The notes under the pieces: model-generated
Told to the model about the DNA's origin: nothing
Seen by the model: only the letters and a program-made list of their open reading frames with translations
Databases searched by the model: none
Translations under genes and position numbers: made by a program
Part shown: positions 10,501 through 18,711 of the stretch, piece by piece
Numbering within the stretch: position 1 is the stretch's first letter
How the letters are laid out: every line of letters starts with the position of its first letter
Source of the DNA: Geminicoccaceae bacterium
GTDB taxonomy: Bacteria; Pseudomonadota; Alphaproteobacteria; Geminicoccales; Geminicoccaceae
Assembly (NCBI GenBank): GCA_050331015.1
Contig: JBHJHH010000032.1
Span: 6,002-70,001 of the forward strand
Reading direction: 5' to 3'
Length of the DNA stretch: 64,000 nt

Positions 10501-11667
10501 GGCCTCTTCGGCAACGGCATCCTGGCGCAGGCGCATCGCCTCGTCGGTGGCGGCCGCGCGGCGGCTGCGGTCCTGTTCGGCCTGGACGGCGGCGGCGCGC
10601 AGCTCGGGCAAGGCGTCGCTGGCGCTGCGAAACGCCTGATCGAGCCGCTGGCATTCGTCGCGCGCCTCGCTGACGCCCTCGATCTGGCTTTCGCCATCGG
10701 CACGGGCTTCGCTTTCGGCATGATCGAGCTCGTCCAGGCGCTGGCGGGCGCGCTGCAGGGCATCACGCTGGCGCATGGCCCGCTCGTCGAGGCGCGCCCG
10801 CGAAGCGGCCGCCTTGCTGGCTTCGGCCTGCAGCTCGGCCAGCCGGGCGCTGCGTGCGGCATGATCGGCGCTGTCGGCGCCAAGCGCCTGTTCGCCCTGT
10901 TGCAACACGCGTTCGCAAGCTGCGAGGTCTTCCTGTAACTGCTGCAAGCGGCCTTCGGCCGAGCGATAGCGCCGCTCGAGCAGGCGCGCCTCGACGCGGC
11001 GCAGCTTCTCGCCCAGCTCGCGGTAGCGGCGCGCCTGGCCGGCCTGGCGTTTCAGCCCGCTCAGCTGCTGCTCGTTGGCTTTGAGAATGTCTTCCAGGCG
11101 GATGAGATTGTCTTCGGCGGCGCGCAGGCGGCGCTCGGCCTCAGCACGGCGCACGTGCAGCCCGGCGATGCCGGCGGCTTCCTCCAGCAGGCGGCGCCGC
11201 TCGTGACCCTTGGCCTCGACAATGGCGCCGATCTGGCCCTGGCCGACGATCGCGGCACTGCGCGCACCGCTTTGCGCATCGGCGAACAGGACCTGAACGT
11301 CGCGCGCGCGCACCTCGCGGCCATTGATGCGATAGACCGAGCCCGAGGCGCGATTGATCCGCCGCGCGATGGCCAGATCCTCGAGCGCACCGGCACCTTC
11401 CGGGCTGACGCGTTGGGCGTGCAGGACGACCTCGGCCATGTCGAAGGCCGGGCGGCCGGCAGCACCCTTGAAGATGACGTCGTCCATCTCATCGCCGCGC
11501 AAGCCGCGCGCCGAGCTCTCGCCCATGACCCAGCGCAGGCCCTCGACGATGTTCGACTTGCCGCAGCCATTCGGCCCGACAATGCCGGTCAGGCCCGGCT
11601 CGATGAGCAGATCCGTGCTGTCGACGAAGGATTTGAAACCGGACAGGCTCAGGCGCTTGAAATGCAC
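7561..11667 (-). CDS. smc: Chromosome segregation protein SMC (long-arm variant, 1368 aa)
   Basis: GTG start (VHFKRLSLSGFKSF), Walker A GPNGCGKSN, a hinge around WQRAVAAALGEQL...GQLWRWDGF, signature LSGGEKALTALAL and Walker B LCVLDEVDAPLD. Confidence 0.9.
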   Translation of the reverse strand: MHFKRLSLSGFKSFVDSTDLLIEPGLTGIVGPNGCGKSNIVEGLRWVMGESSARGLRGDEMDDVIFKGAAGRPAFDMAEVVLHAQRVSPEGAGALEDLAIARRINRASGSVYRINGREVRARDVQVLFADAQSGARSAAIVGQGQIGAIVEAKGHERRRLLEEAAGIAGLHVRRAEAERRLRAAEDNLIRLEDILKANEQQLSGLKRQAGQARRYRELGEKLRRVEARLLERRYRSAEGRLQQLQEDLAACERVLQQGEQALGADSADHAARSARLAELQAEASKAAASRARLDERAMRQRDALQRARQRLDELDHAESEARADGESQIEGVSEARDECQRLDQAFRSASDALPELRAAAVQAEQDRSRRAAATDEAMRLRQDAVAEEARRRQRLSAAREAHERAVAALRAHEAKLEAKSAQRAELAASLAQTSAPDGSDDERERLTVLEAALDTARTEAAAAQTAADASAGQHDQLTGAHDTLLRERDALDQSAREAEHATKALQDRAATAAQKTAWLNDQLARLKLRADGLQARLHALGAASAGSGLRTAEQAQAQAAEQLERTARALDAAQTVSASAQQAYDEAARRQTELAAELKALSALDRELDIAEPLAERLHVPTQWQRAVAAALGEQLFAGLDPHEAVYWQELAPLPATPAWPEGVQALSTLLDAPTALQRRLAFIGLLADARDGGALQARLQPGQCLVSADGQLWRWDGFVRAAGRLDRAGERLLQTQRRRSLSDDLHKLEDRLRTLGAQLEQDRASERDARAAHEAAQRAKRQSDADLHAAQQAQAAAANERIGLEAELHRLAQERDGFASELAQGEGELDGIRQAQAAQERSAATRASKLAELQAQAERVAAELDDARTRAAADAAAVRDRQDAVAQAQAALTSAAKERDARQRQIEAARAVAAERSRMIAALDDDIAALSAGLGALQDQAQAARGALEQVQAAYERARLDAGRADMDLSEARRAMDEASHRLSQAQGAVRTTEERLASTERELAGWRNRLSQALARGDALSERVTRIRSERASLSDELRQLEAGERDLSAELDSAAARAAELGQIAEQAQQDLIEAERRRTQAQSAHQEAREQRVRLLEQLETARQTREEAAAQIKERFGALMQSEFTALLAMDDSAADLSIAELEGRLAELNRARERLGAVNLRAEAEARALQAGVDDMTTERDDLVAAIAKLKRSIQSINREGRERLQAAYEEIDGHFRKLFTRLFGGGKARLVLGNLDDPLNATLDLEASPPGKRLQSLTLLSGGEKALTALALTFALFLCKPAPLCVLDEVDAPLDDANVLRLVDLMQEICKTTGTRFLVVTHHPLTMARMSRLYGVTMFDRGLSKLVSVDLEEAVTLRESA

Positions 11668-11859
11668 GGGGCGTTCAGATGTGGTAGGATCAACAGGAAA
11701 GACCTACCACATATTGAATCGGCCGCAAAGCGATTCGCACCGATTGCGGCCGCGCACAGCGGACAGACGCGTGGCCCGAACGAGCCGCTTTTGGATCTGC
11801 GCCCGGTGGCCCGCTGGCATGCGCCGGGCGGGGCTGAGCCGGCCGCCCGCGATCAGCGG

Positions 11860-12492
11860 TCAGTTGCCGAGCTTGTCCTCGATGATCGCGGCGAACTCTT
11901 CCGGATCACGATTGCCGGTGACGACCTCGCCATTGATCACGAAGGTCGGCGTCGACTGCACGCCGTAGTCCTGCTGGCCTTCGAGCTGGCGTGCCAGAAT
12001 GCGATCCTCGAGCGCCGGATCGTTCAGGCAGCCGTCGATCTCCTCGGGCGACAGGCCGCCCAGACGGCCGATGCGCTTTAGCGCGGCGATGTGGTCGTCG
12101 GCGCGTGCCCAGTCATCGACGCTCTTGAACAGGACATCGATGAAGGCCGGGTAGCGCTCGGGCCCGGCGCAATGGGCGACCTTGGCGCCATCGAGCGCGC
12201 GCTGGTCGAGCGGGAAGTCGCGCAACACCAGCTGCAGCTTGCCGGTTTCGATATAGCGCTCTTTCAAAACCGGCAGCGTATCGATGTGAAAGCTGGCGCA
12301 ATGCGGGCAGGTCAGCGACGAATATTCGATCATCGTCACCGGCGCGGTTTCGCTGCCGATGGCGGTTTCCTGATCTCCGACCGCACCGGCCTGACCGATG
12401 ATCAGCGGCAGCCAGAGCAACGTGTACAGCCCGAGCACGAGCACAAGACTGGTCAGCAGGCGCGCGAATATGGCAACCAAGTGAAGCCTCAC
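11860..12492 (-). CDS. DsbA-family thiol:disulfide oxidoreductase
   Basis: N-terminal TM/signal anchor, thioredoxin-fold active site CPHC, 210 aa. Confidence 0.8.
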   Translation of the reverse strand: MRLHLVAIFARLLTSLVLVLGLYTLLWLPLIIGQAGAVGDQETAIGSETAPVTMIEYSSLTCPHCASFHIDTLPVLKERYIETGKLQLVLRDFPLDQRALDGAKVAHCAGPERYPAFIDVLFKSVDDWARADDHIAALKRIGRLGGLSPEEIDGCLNDPALEDRILARQLEGQQDYGVQSTPTFVINGEVVTGNRDPEEFAAIIEDKLGN

Positions 12493-12664
12493 TTACGTCA
12501 AAGTCGAAGAGATGCCGAGAGGTACACGTGCGCGCGCCGGGGCCTTGGTGGGCTACCTCGGCGCAACCGCACCACACCCTCATCTACACCAAAAGCGTTA
12601 ACAAAAGCTCTGCGTCCGGCCGCCTTGGTGAGAAAAAGACGCACGGTGTTACGCATCTGCTACG

Positions 12665-13198
12665 CTAGCGCTGCCGGCGGCCGTACAGCGCCCGACCCAG
12701 CCGGTTCAAGGCGGCGCGCAAGCCCTCATCCTCGATTGCGGCCACTTCCGCCGCGATGCCGCGCTCATCCGCCGGCGACAGAGGCACGGCCGGCGCGGCC
12801 GTCGATCCACCGCCGGCGGCCGTCGGCATGGGCGCTTGCAGGAGCTGCAGCCGGCTGACCATGCGGCAGCCGAAATGGCCGTTGATGCGCTGCATGATGC
12901 GCGGGGCATCATGTTGTACTTCAAGGGCAAATCCGGGTTCGACCTGGACATGCAGGGTGCGCGCGCCGCGCTGTGTCGACAGGCGCACGGGCATGCAGCG
13001 GCTGGCAAGGGCCTCGCCGACGATGCTGCGCCAATCGGCGAGCAGGCGTGCCTCGCCGAAGCCCTGCTTGCGCGCGCTGGGTGCCACCAGACGCGACAGA
13101 TCATCGTTCAGGCGCCTTGCCGGACCGCCCCGGCGCGTGCCATGTCCGAACCGCGGATCTTGTGCCTTGGCCACGCCGCCTCGCCGTTTTTGCCACAC
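12665..13198 (-). CDS. DUF721 (DciA-like) protein
   Basis: The segment ...LADWRSIVGEALASRCMPVRL...TLHVQVEPGFALEVQH...IMQRINGHFG... resembles DUF721. The position between a dsbA-like gene and divergent mutY is common in alphaproteobacteria. The start is uncertain, only 30 nt from the mutY start. Confidence 0.6.
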   Translation of the reverse strand: MWQKRRGGVAKAQDPRFGHGTRRGGPARRLNDDLSRLVAPSARKQGFGEARLLADWRSIVGEALASRCMPVRLSTQRGARTLHVQVEPGFALEVQHDAPRIMQRINGHFGCRMVSRLQLLQAPMPTAAGGGSTAAPAVPLSPADERGIAAEVAAIEDEGLRAALNRLGRALYGRRQR

Positions 13199-13228
13199 TG
13201 GACACTCAGGAAAGCCCCGGTTCTCTGT

Positions 13229-14398
13229 ATGCCCAAGTCAACCGCTTCTGGCGAGACCGCGATCGCCGCCGCGCCGCCCGCGCAAGCACCGCTAAGCGCC
13301 GCCGACAAGGCCGCGCTGTTGCGCGCTCTGCACGCTTGGTACCGGTCCACCCGGCGCGATCTGCCCTGGCGCAACCCGCATGGCGGGCCGAGCGCAGCCT
13401 ATGCCGTGCTGGTCAGCGAGATCATGTTGCAGCAGACCACGGTGGCGACCGTGCGGCCGCGCTTTGCCGCCTTCATGGCGCGCTTTCCGACCATCGAGGC
13501 TCTGGCGGCAGCGCCGTTGGACGATGTCCTGCATGAATGGCAGGGCCTCGGCTACTATCGCCGCGCGCGCGCTCTGCATGCCTGCGCCCGGGCGGTGGTG
13601 CACGATCATGGCGGCCGTCTGCCCAGCGAGCTCGTGCGGCTCCAGGCGCTGCCCGGCATCGGCCCGTACACGGCCGCAGCGCTGCGCGCCCTGGCCTTCG
13701 ATCTGCCGGCGCTGCCGGTGGACGGCAATGTCGAGCGCGTGCTCGCCCGGCTGTTTGCCATCCAAACGCCCATGCCCAAGGCCAAGCGCGAGATCGCCGC
13801 TTATGCTCGCGCGCTGACGCCGGCGAGCGATTGCGCCGATCTTGGCCAGGCGGTCATGGAGCTGGGAGCGACCATCTGCCGGCCGCGCCAGCCGCTATGC
13901 GGGCAGTGCCCCTGGCGCGGTCCCTGTCGGGCGCGCCGGGCCGGTATCGCCGAAGACCTGCCGGTGAAAGCGGCCAAGGCCGCACGCGCGCAGCGCCACG
14001 GCATCGTCTTCGTTCTGCAGCGCGGCGACGGCGCGCTTTTGTTCCGCAAACGCCCTGATGACGGTCTGCTCGCCGGGTTACACGAGCTGCCTGGCACGCC
14101 CTGGACGGAGGCCGTGCCAGACTGGCCGGCGGCCGCGGCCCAGGCACCGCTCGCGGCCGACTGGCGGCTGCTCGAGGGCGAGGTGCGCCACGTCTTCACC
14201 CATTTCGCCCTCAGCTTGCGCATCGCGCACGCGCGCAGTAGGGGTCACCCGCACGGGTTGTGGTGCGCAGAAGGTGAATTTGCGCGCCTGGCGCTCCCGA
14301 CGGTGATGAAGAAGGTGTTGCGCTTCTGCCATGACCGGGAGGTTCTTGATGCGCTTGAGCCAAGCCGCCCGGTCGCTTCACCTTTGCGGATCGGCTAA
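13229..14398 (+). CDS. mutY: A/G-specific adenine DNA glycosylase
   Basis: Internal ATG of ORF 12836..14398. It has an HhH-GPD region (LPGIGPYTAAA), a 4Fe-4S loop (CRPRQPLCGQCPWRGPC) and a NUDIX-like C-terminal domain. Confidence 0.85.
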   Translation: MPKSTASGETAIAAAPPAQAPLSAADKAALLRALHAWYRSTRRDLPWRNPHGGPSAAYAVLVSEIMLQQTTVATVRPRFAAFMARFPTIEALAAAPLDDVLHEWQGLGYYRRARALHACARAVVHDHGGRLPSELVRLQALPGIGPYTAAALRALAFDLPALPVDGNVERVLARLFAIQTPMPKAKREIAAYARALTPASDCADLGQAVMELGATICRPRQPLCGQCPWRGPCRARRAGIAEDLPVKAAKAARAQRHGIVFVLQRGDGALLFRKRPDDGLLAGLHELPGTPWTEAVPDWPAAAAQAPLAADWRLLEGEVRHVFTHFALSLRIAHARSRGHPHGLWCAEGEFARLALPTVMKKVLRFCHDREVLDALEPSRPVASPLRIG

Positions 14399-14539
14399 GT
14401 AAGATCATGGTGCGTTGTGAAAGCGCCATGGTGATGTGCTTACGCCCGGCAGGGCGGCGCGCGCGGAAATGCGTCTCAAGGGCGGTGGGTGTTACGGTTG
14501 CCCTCGCTCAATATTGTCGAGCTAACAAGGACAGCCCCG

Positions 14540-15358
14540 ATGCGTTCTATAACAAAGCCAATTGCCGCCGCACTCTTGCTCGCTGTTGTCGGTGCGTGCT
14601 CGGCTATTCCGGTTGATACCACCGAATCGATCGGCAAGACGGTAGAAGAACAGGCATTCAACGACGCCTTGCGCACGGGCTATCTCGACCTGTCGAGCAG
14701 CTGGCCGAACACCGGCGAAAACCATTATTACTTCCGCGAAAAGGCCAAGCGCAGCATGCTTGGCTATGAAGATGTCTTCCCCGATCGCGTCGGCAGCCGG
14801 TCGATCGCGCCGGAAGAGCTGCGCATCGAGGCGCTCGGGCATCGCGCGCGTCTGGTCGGCAACATCAAGGACGGCAGCGCCACGCGCCTGCCGGTCGAGA
14901 CCGCCGAAGCGCAGGTCGCCTTCGACTGCTGGCTGGCAGCGATCGAGGCCAACCCGGAGAGCGATCGCGCCGCCGAATGCAAGGCGCGCATGCTCGCCGC
15001 GCTGGATGCCCTGGATGGCGGCCTGGTGCCCGAGCAGTTCGTCGTGTTCTTCAACTTCGACTCCACCGGACTGTCGCCGGAAGCCGAGATGACCCTGGAT
15101 GCCGCCGCGGCCTCGATCGCTGCCGATCAGCCAGTGCAGGTCATCGTCGCCGGTCACACCGACACCGCCGGCCCGACCAGTTACAACCAGGGTCTGTCCG
15201 AGCGACGTGCGGCGGTGGTCACCGATGCCTTGGTGAGCCGCGGCGTCGACGGCGCGATCATCGAGCCGATCGGCTTCGGCGAGAGCGCGCTGGCCGAGGA
15301 AACCCCGGACAACACGCCGAACCCGGTCAACCGTCGCGCCGAGGTCATCTTCGAGTAA
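14540..15358 (+). CDS. OmpA-family lipoprotein
   Basis: Lipobox LLLAVVGAC after MRSITKPIAAA. The C-terminal OmpA/MotB peptidoglycan-binding domain has GHTDTAGPTSYNQGLSERRA and NRRAEV. Confidence 0.8.
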   Translation: MRSITKPIAAALLLAVVGACSAIPVDTTESIGKTVEEQAFNDALRTGYLDLSSSWPNTGENHYYFREKAKRSMLGYEDVFPDRVGSRSIAPEELRIEALGHRARLVGNIKDGSATRLPVETAEAQVAFDCWLAAIEANPESDRAAECKARMLAALDALDGGLVPEQFVVFFNFDSTGLSPEAEMTLDAAAASIAADQPVQVIVAGHTDTAGPTSYNQGLSERRAAVVTDALVSRGVDGAIIEPIGFGESALAEETPDNTPNPVNRRAEVIFE

Positions 15359-15382
15359 GGCATCGACGTCGACGACCCGCTC

Positions 15383-15404
15383 GGGGCGCCATCGGCCGGC
15401 GCCC
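15383..15404 (+). terminator. Terminator-like GC hairpin after the OmpA-family gene
   Basis: GGGGCGCC-atcggcc-GGCGCCCC forms an 8-bp stem. No clear T-tract follows, so confidence is low. Confidence 0.35.
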
Positions 15405-15504
15405 CGAATGCCTGCAAGAACGCGCGCTCGAGGGGGTTTCAGGGCGCGCGTTTGCTTTTTCTTAAGGGGTTTGCGCTAGCCTTGGTCATCGGATCGATGA
15501 GCCG

Positions 15505-17214
15505 GTGGAGAAGGCTTGCAGCATGGCGTTTTCGGGCCGCCTTCTGGCACCCCTTGCACGGCTGGGCAGCCTGCCGCGTTGGTTGGCCGGCGCCATGGCT
15601 CGTGCGGCCGCTGCGTTCTGGCGCGGTGTGCGTGCCGGTCCGTCGACGCTCGTCGCCCTCGCGCGCCGCATCGGCGGCCGCCTGGTTGGCGTCGCGCTCG
15701 GCCTGTTCGCCGCCGTAGCCAATCAACGCGTCATGCTCGGCGGGCTGACCGTCTATGGCGGCGCGGGCGTCACCGGCCTGCTCGTGCTGCTAGCGGCTGG
15801 CGTGCTGGTCACCAGCCTGCTGGCACCGGGTGCGCTCGGCCAGGTCGCGATCGACCGGCTTGCCGCACGTCTGGGCGTGCCGATCGCGGTCGTGCAGGCC
15901 GAGTTGCGCCTGCTGCCCAGCCCCACCTTCGAAGCCAAACGCCTGCGCGTGCCGCAGCCGGTCGGCTATCCGCCGGGCGAGCTCCTGCGCATCGAGCGGG
16001 TCCACGCCGAGCTCGGCTGGCCCGCCCTGCTCGCCGGCACGTTCGGCTGGCCGCTGTCGCTGCAGCGCCTGGTACTCGATCGGCCGCAGCTTGCCTTGAT
16101 CGTACGCGATGACGGCGTGCTCAATACCGCCTACCCGGCGCATGCCATGATCGATGCCGTGCACCCGCCGGAAGAAGAGCCGGGCAAGGAAAAGCCGGAT
16201 CCGCTGCCGCCGACCTATGCCGACCGGCACCCGATCAAGCAGACGGCGGATGCGCTCAATGGCCGTCATCCGGGTCCGGACGCGGCGGCTGCGCCCAAGC
16301 ATGACGGCCAGGCTGATCACGGTCATGGCGAGGGCCAGCCCTATCCGGAGCCGCATGCCGGCCCGATACCGAGCGAACAGGCGGCCCCGCCGGCGCTGCG
16401 TCTGCCCGCGCACGATGATGTCTACCGCGCCGTGGCGGCGCATCGGGCGCACCACCCCTGGCTGGCCGATCTGGTTTTGCCGGCCGGCAGCCTGCAATTA
16501 CTCGACATCCACGACGGCGTCGTCTCCTGGCACGACCTGGCCGCGGGGCGCGAGGTCGTCTTCAGCCGCGTGCACGCCCATGGCAGCAAGCACGGTGCCG
16601 AACTGCAGCTTGAGATCACCGAGGTCGTCGTCTTCGAGGCGCGCGCAGCCGGCGAGCTGCGCATCGACACGGCTGCCCGGGCGTGGCGCGGCGATTTTGT
16701 TGCCGAGGGTCTGGCCGCCGGGCTGATCCCGGCCGTGCCCGCCATCGGCACCGTCGATGCCGCGTTCAGGTTCGATATCCACCTCGACGATCACGGGCAG
16801 ATCACGCCGATGCTCGCCGCCGAGCTGGCCTTCGAGCGGCTGCTCTGGCGGGGCATCGATCCCCGGCTGCTGCTCGAAGCGCGCGTCGTCCAGCCCGGTT
16901 CGGTGAGCTTGCGCGACGGCCAGGCACGCGTGGTGTTCGACGCCGGCCGATGGCAGATCGAGCGCGCGGCGTTCACCCTGACCGGCGCGCCGGTCAGGCT
17001 CAGCGGCGCGATCGATCCGCGCGATCAGGCCATCGCGCTCACCTTGAACGCGTCCTCCGGCGCCAGGCTCGACCTGGGCGGACCGGTGCACCGACCGGCG
17101 ATCAAGCACGCCGCCCATGAGGAGCTGTCGGCGCAACTCGGCCGGGCCGCGACCTCGAGCACGGCCCCGGCGGTGCCCTCAGGCTATGGCCACCGGCCGT
17201 GGCCGACCCGCTGA
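15505..17214 (+). CDS. AsmA-like envelope protein with His/Pro-rich insert
   Basis: Arg-rich N-terminus, one TM (GVTGLLVLLAAGVLVTSLLA), then an AsmA-N-like beta-rich region. The start codon is uncertain because several in-frame Met are available. Confidence 0.5.
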   Translation: MEKACSMAFSGRLLAPLARLGSLPRWLAGAMARAAAAFWRGVRAGPSTLVALARRIGGRLVGVALGLFAAVANQRVMLGGLTVYGGAGVTGLLVLLAAGVLVTSLLAPGALGQVAIDRLAARLGVPIAVVQAELRLLPSPTFEAKRLRVPQPVGYPPGELLRIERVHAELGWPALLAGTFGWPLSLQRLVLDRPQLALIVRDDGVLNTAYPAHAMIDAVHPPEEEPGKEKPDPLPPTYADRHPIKQTADALNGRHPGPDAAAAPKHDGQADHGHGEGQPYPEPHAGPIPSEQAAPPALRLPAHDDVYRAVAAHRAHHPWLADLVLPAGSLQLLDIHDGVVSWHDLAAGREVVFSRVHAHGSKHGAELQLEITEVVVFEARAAGELRIDTAARAWRGDFVAEGLAAGLIPAVPAIGTVDAAFRFDIHLDDHGQITPMLAAELAFERLLWRGIDPRLLLEARVVQPGSVSLRDGQARVVFDAGRWQIERAAFTLTGAPVRLSGAIDPRDQAIALTLNASSGARLDLGGPVHRPAIKHAAHEELSAQLGRAATSSTAPAVPSGYGHRPWPTR

Positions 17215-17219
17215 GCGGC

Positions 17220-17618
17220 TCAACTCGGCCGCCAGGCATCGCGCAGATGAACCGGCCGGCGCCAGGGCCGCACGATGAACACATCGAAGCGCAGGCTGCA
17301 CTGGCGCAGGTCCGTGCGGCGCTGGAGAAAAAGGGTCATGCAGCGCTCGATGCGTTGCCGCTGGCGCCAGGTGACCGCCTCGAGGGCCGCGTCGACGTCG
17401 CCTCTGGCCTTGACCTCGACCGCGATCAGCAAGTCGCCCCGGCGGACGACGAGATCGATCTCGCCGAGCTTGGTTTTCAGCCGCCGTGCCAGGATCTGGT
17501 AGCCGGCCAGGCGCAGATAGGCCGCAGCCAGCCACTCGGCATGGCGGCCGTGCCGTTCGCGCCGCGCCCGCGTGCGCTTGCGCGCGTCTGTTCCGGGAAG
17601 ACTGACATGGGCTGACAT
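17220..17618 (-). CDS. yraN: YraN-family (UPF0102) endonuclease-like protein
   Basis: The core GRHAEWLAAAYLRLAGYQILARR...GEIDLVV...LIAVEVKAR is the YraN signature. Internal ATG 17618 gives about 132 aa, the normal size. Confidence 0.8.
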   Translation of the reverse strand: MSAHVSLPGTDARKRTRARRERHGRHAEWLAAAYLRLAGYQILARRLKTKLGEIDLVVRRGDLLIAVEVKARGDVDAALEAVTWRQRQRIERCMTLFLQRRTDLRQCSLRFDVFIVRPWRRPVHLRDAWRPS

Positions 17619-18711
17619 GGCTGAACCGAGAACTGCTCCGAGAGTAGTGCGCGCAATGGTTGAACACGGGGCACACGGCGTCAAGGTGCGTTTGGGCTGC
17701 GGCAGCCATCCTGCATGGCCCGGACGCCGCATGCGGCTGGCGCCAACGCTCGCGGCGCCGGGGTCGACGCCCGGCCGGACCGGCTGCAAGCCGCGGTCAT
17801 AGACCTGCACGAAACCGGCAAGCCGTTGGCCTGGTCTCCGGACTGCAAGTCGTGGTCATCGCCTGGACAGAGCCGGCGCATGCTCAACCCAGCCTGACCG
17901 GCTGCTTGCCAAGTCCAACGGTGTCGACGCCGAGCGGATGTGGGTTTTGGTCCGACGAGGTTGGCCACCGACGGCGACAACCCGGCCCCGTCGCGAAGCT
18001 TTGTCGAAACGCCATGCCGTGGCTCGGCGCGCGCGCGGCTCCGTGCGGCTTCACGCACACCGAGCGCCTGACCTCGGCTAGATGACGCAGATCCGGGCGC
18101 GTGCAGTCGCAGCTTCGCGGCGCCGTACGCAGCGCGTGGAAGCGATGCAACGCCGCCGGGTCGGTCGCCCGTTGCTGTGGCCGACGCCAGCAACGAACGG
18201 TCGTGGCCGCGCCCGCAGTCATTCGTCAAGACCGGCCAGCCCACGGCTCGAGGTGCCACGCCCCTGCGGCCGCGCGTCAATACCAGCGGCAATCCTGGTC
18301 CCGGCGAAACGCGTCTGCGGCCGTCGGCCGGCAGGGCACGGCAGCTTGTCCAGCGCGGCGCGTGCCCACGTTAGTCTTCGATACCAAGCGGAGCGCTGGC
18401 CAGAACGCGGCTCGCCCTGCGCACGCGCCGACGCCCGAAACCGGCTGACGCTCGCGGCGCTGTCGCCACAGCGCTCCACCAAGGCGCGATGGCGCGCGCC
18501 AGCCGCCACCGCCTGCGTCAGGGGAGCACGATGATCGTGGGACAGTGCATGCACCCTGTCCCGCCGAGGGAACCCCCAACGGGCCAATCGCCGCGGACGC
18601 CGGTGCAAGCCAAGCCACGTCGGGCCTTTCCCGGTCGGTTGTGGGCCTCCTGGCGCGACGGCGCTTGGGCGTAGTGCGCTGGTGCTCGCCGCTGCGGCGC
18701 GGACGCTGGGC
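17619..18711. other. ORF-free, very GC-rich 1.1-kb spacer (candidate structured RNA or decayed gene)
   Basis: Stops occur in all six frames, and the longest ORF (203 aa, TTG start) is Arg/Ala/Gly-rich with no protein-like pattern. Three 60-nt lines I counted are 68-78% G+C. See findings. Confidence 0.3.

Noticed and set aside
8998-10938. 646-aa plus-strand ORF, and several others, inside smc
   Set aside because: It is antisense or out of frame relative to the smc coiled-coil region. The repetitive Ala/Arg/Leu/Gly composition mirrors the Ala/Glu/Arg/Gln codons of smc, and no domain is recognisable.
12836-13228. Upstream extension of the mutY ORF (520-aa version)
   Set aside because: It is antisense to the DUF721 gene. 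MutY homology begins only after ATG 13229.
17619-18711. Known RNA families in the ORF-free block (RNase P RNA, tmRNA, cobalamin riboswitch, SRP RNA)
   Set aside because: I looked on both strands for hallmark strings: GAGGAAAGUCCGG and ACAGAAnCCGGCUUA of RNase P, a tRNA-like TpsiC arm with CCA, and the AGGGAA...GGUG...GCCACUG spacing of the B12 element. Only partial look-alikes turned up (for example AGGGAAC near 18567 and GCAGUCCGGAG on the minus strand near 17840), with the wrong spacing or context. A covariance-model search is still needed.
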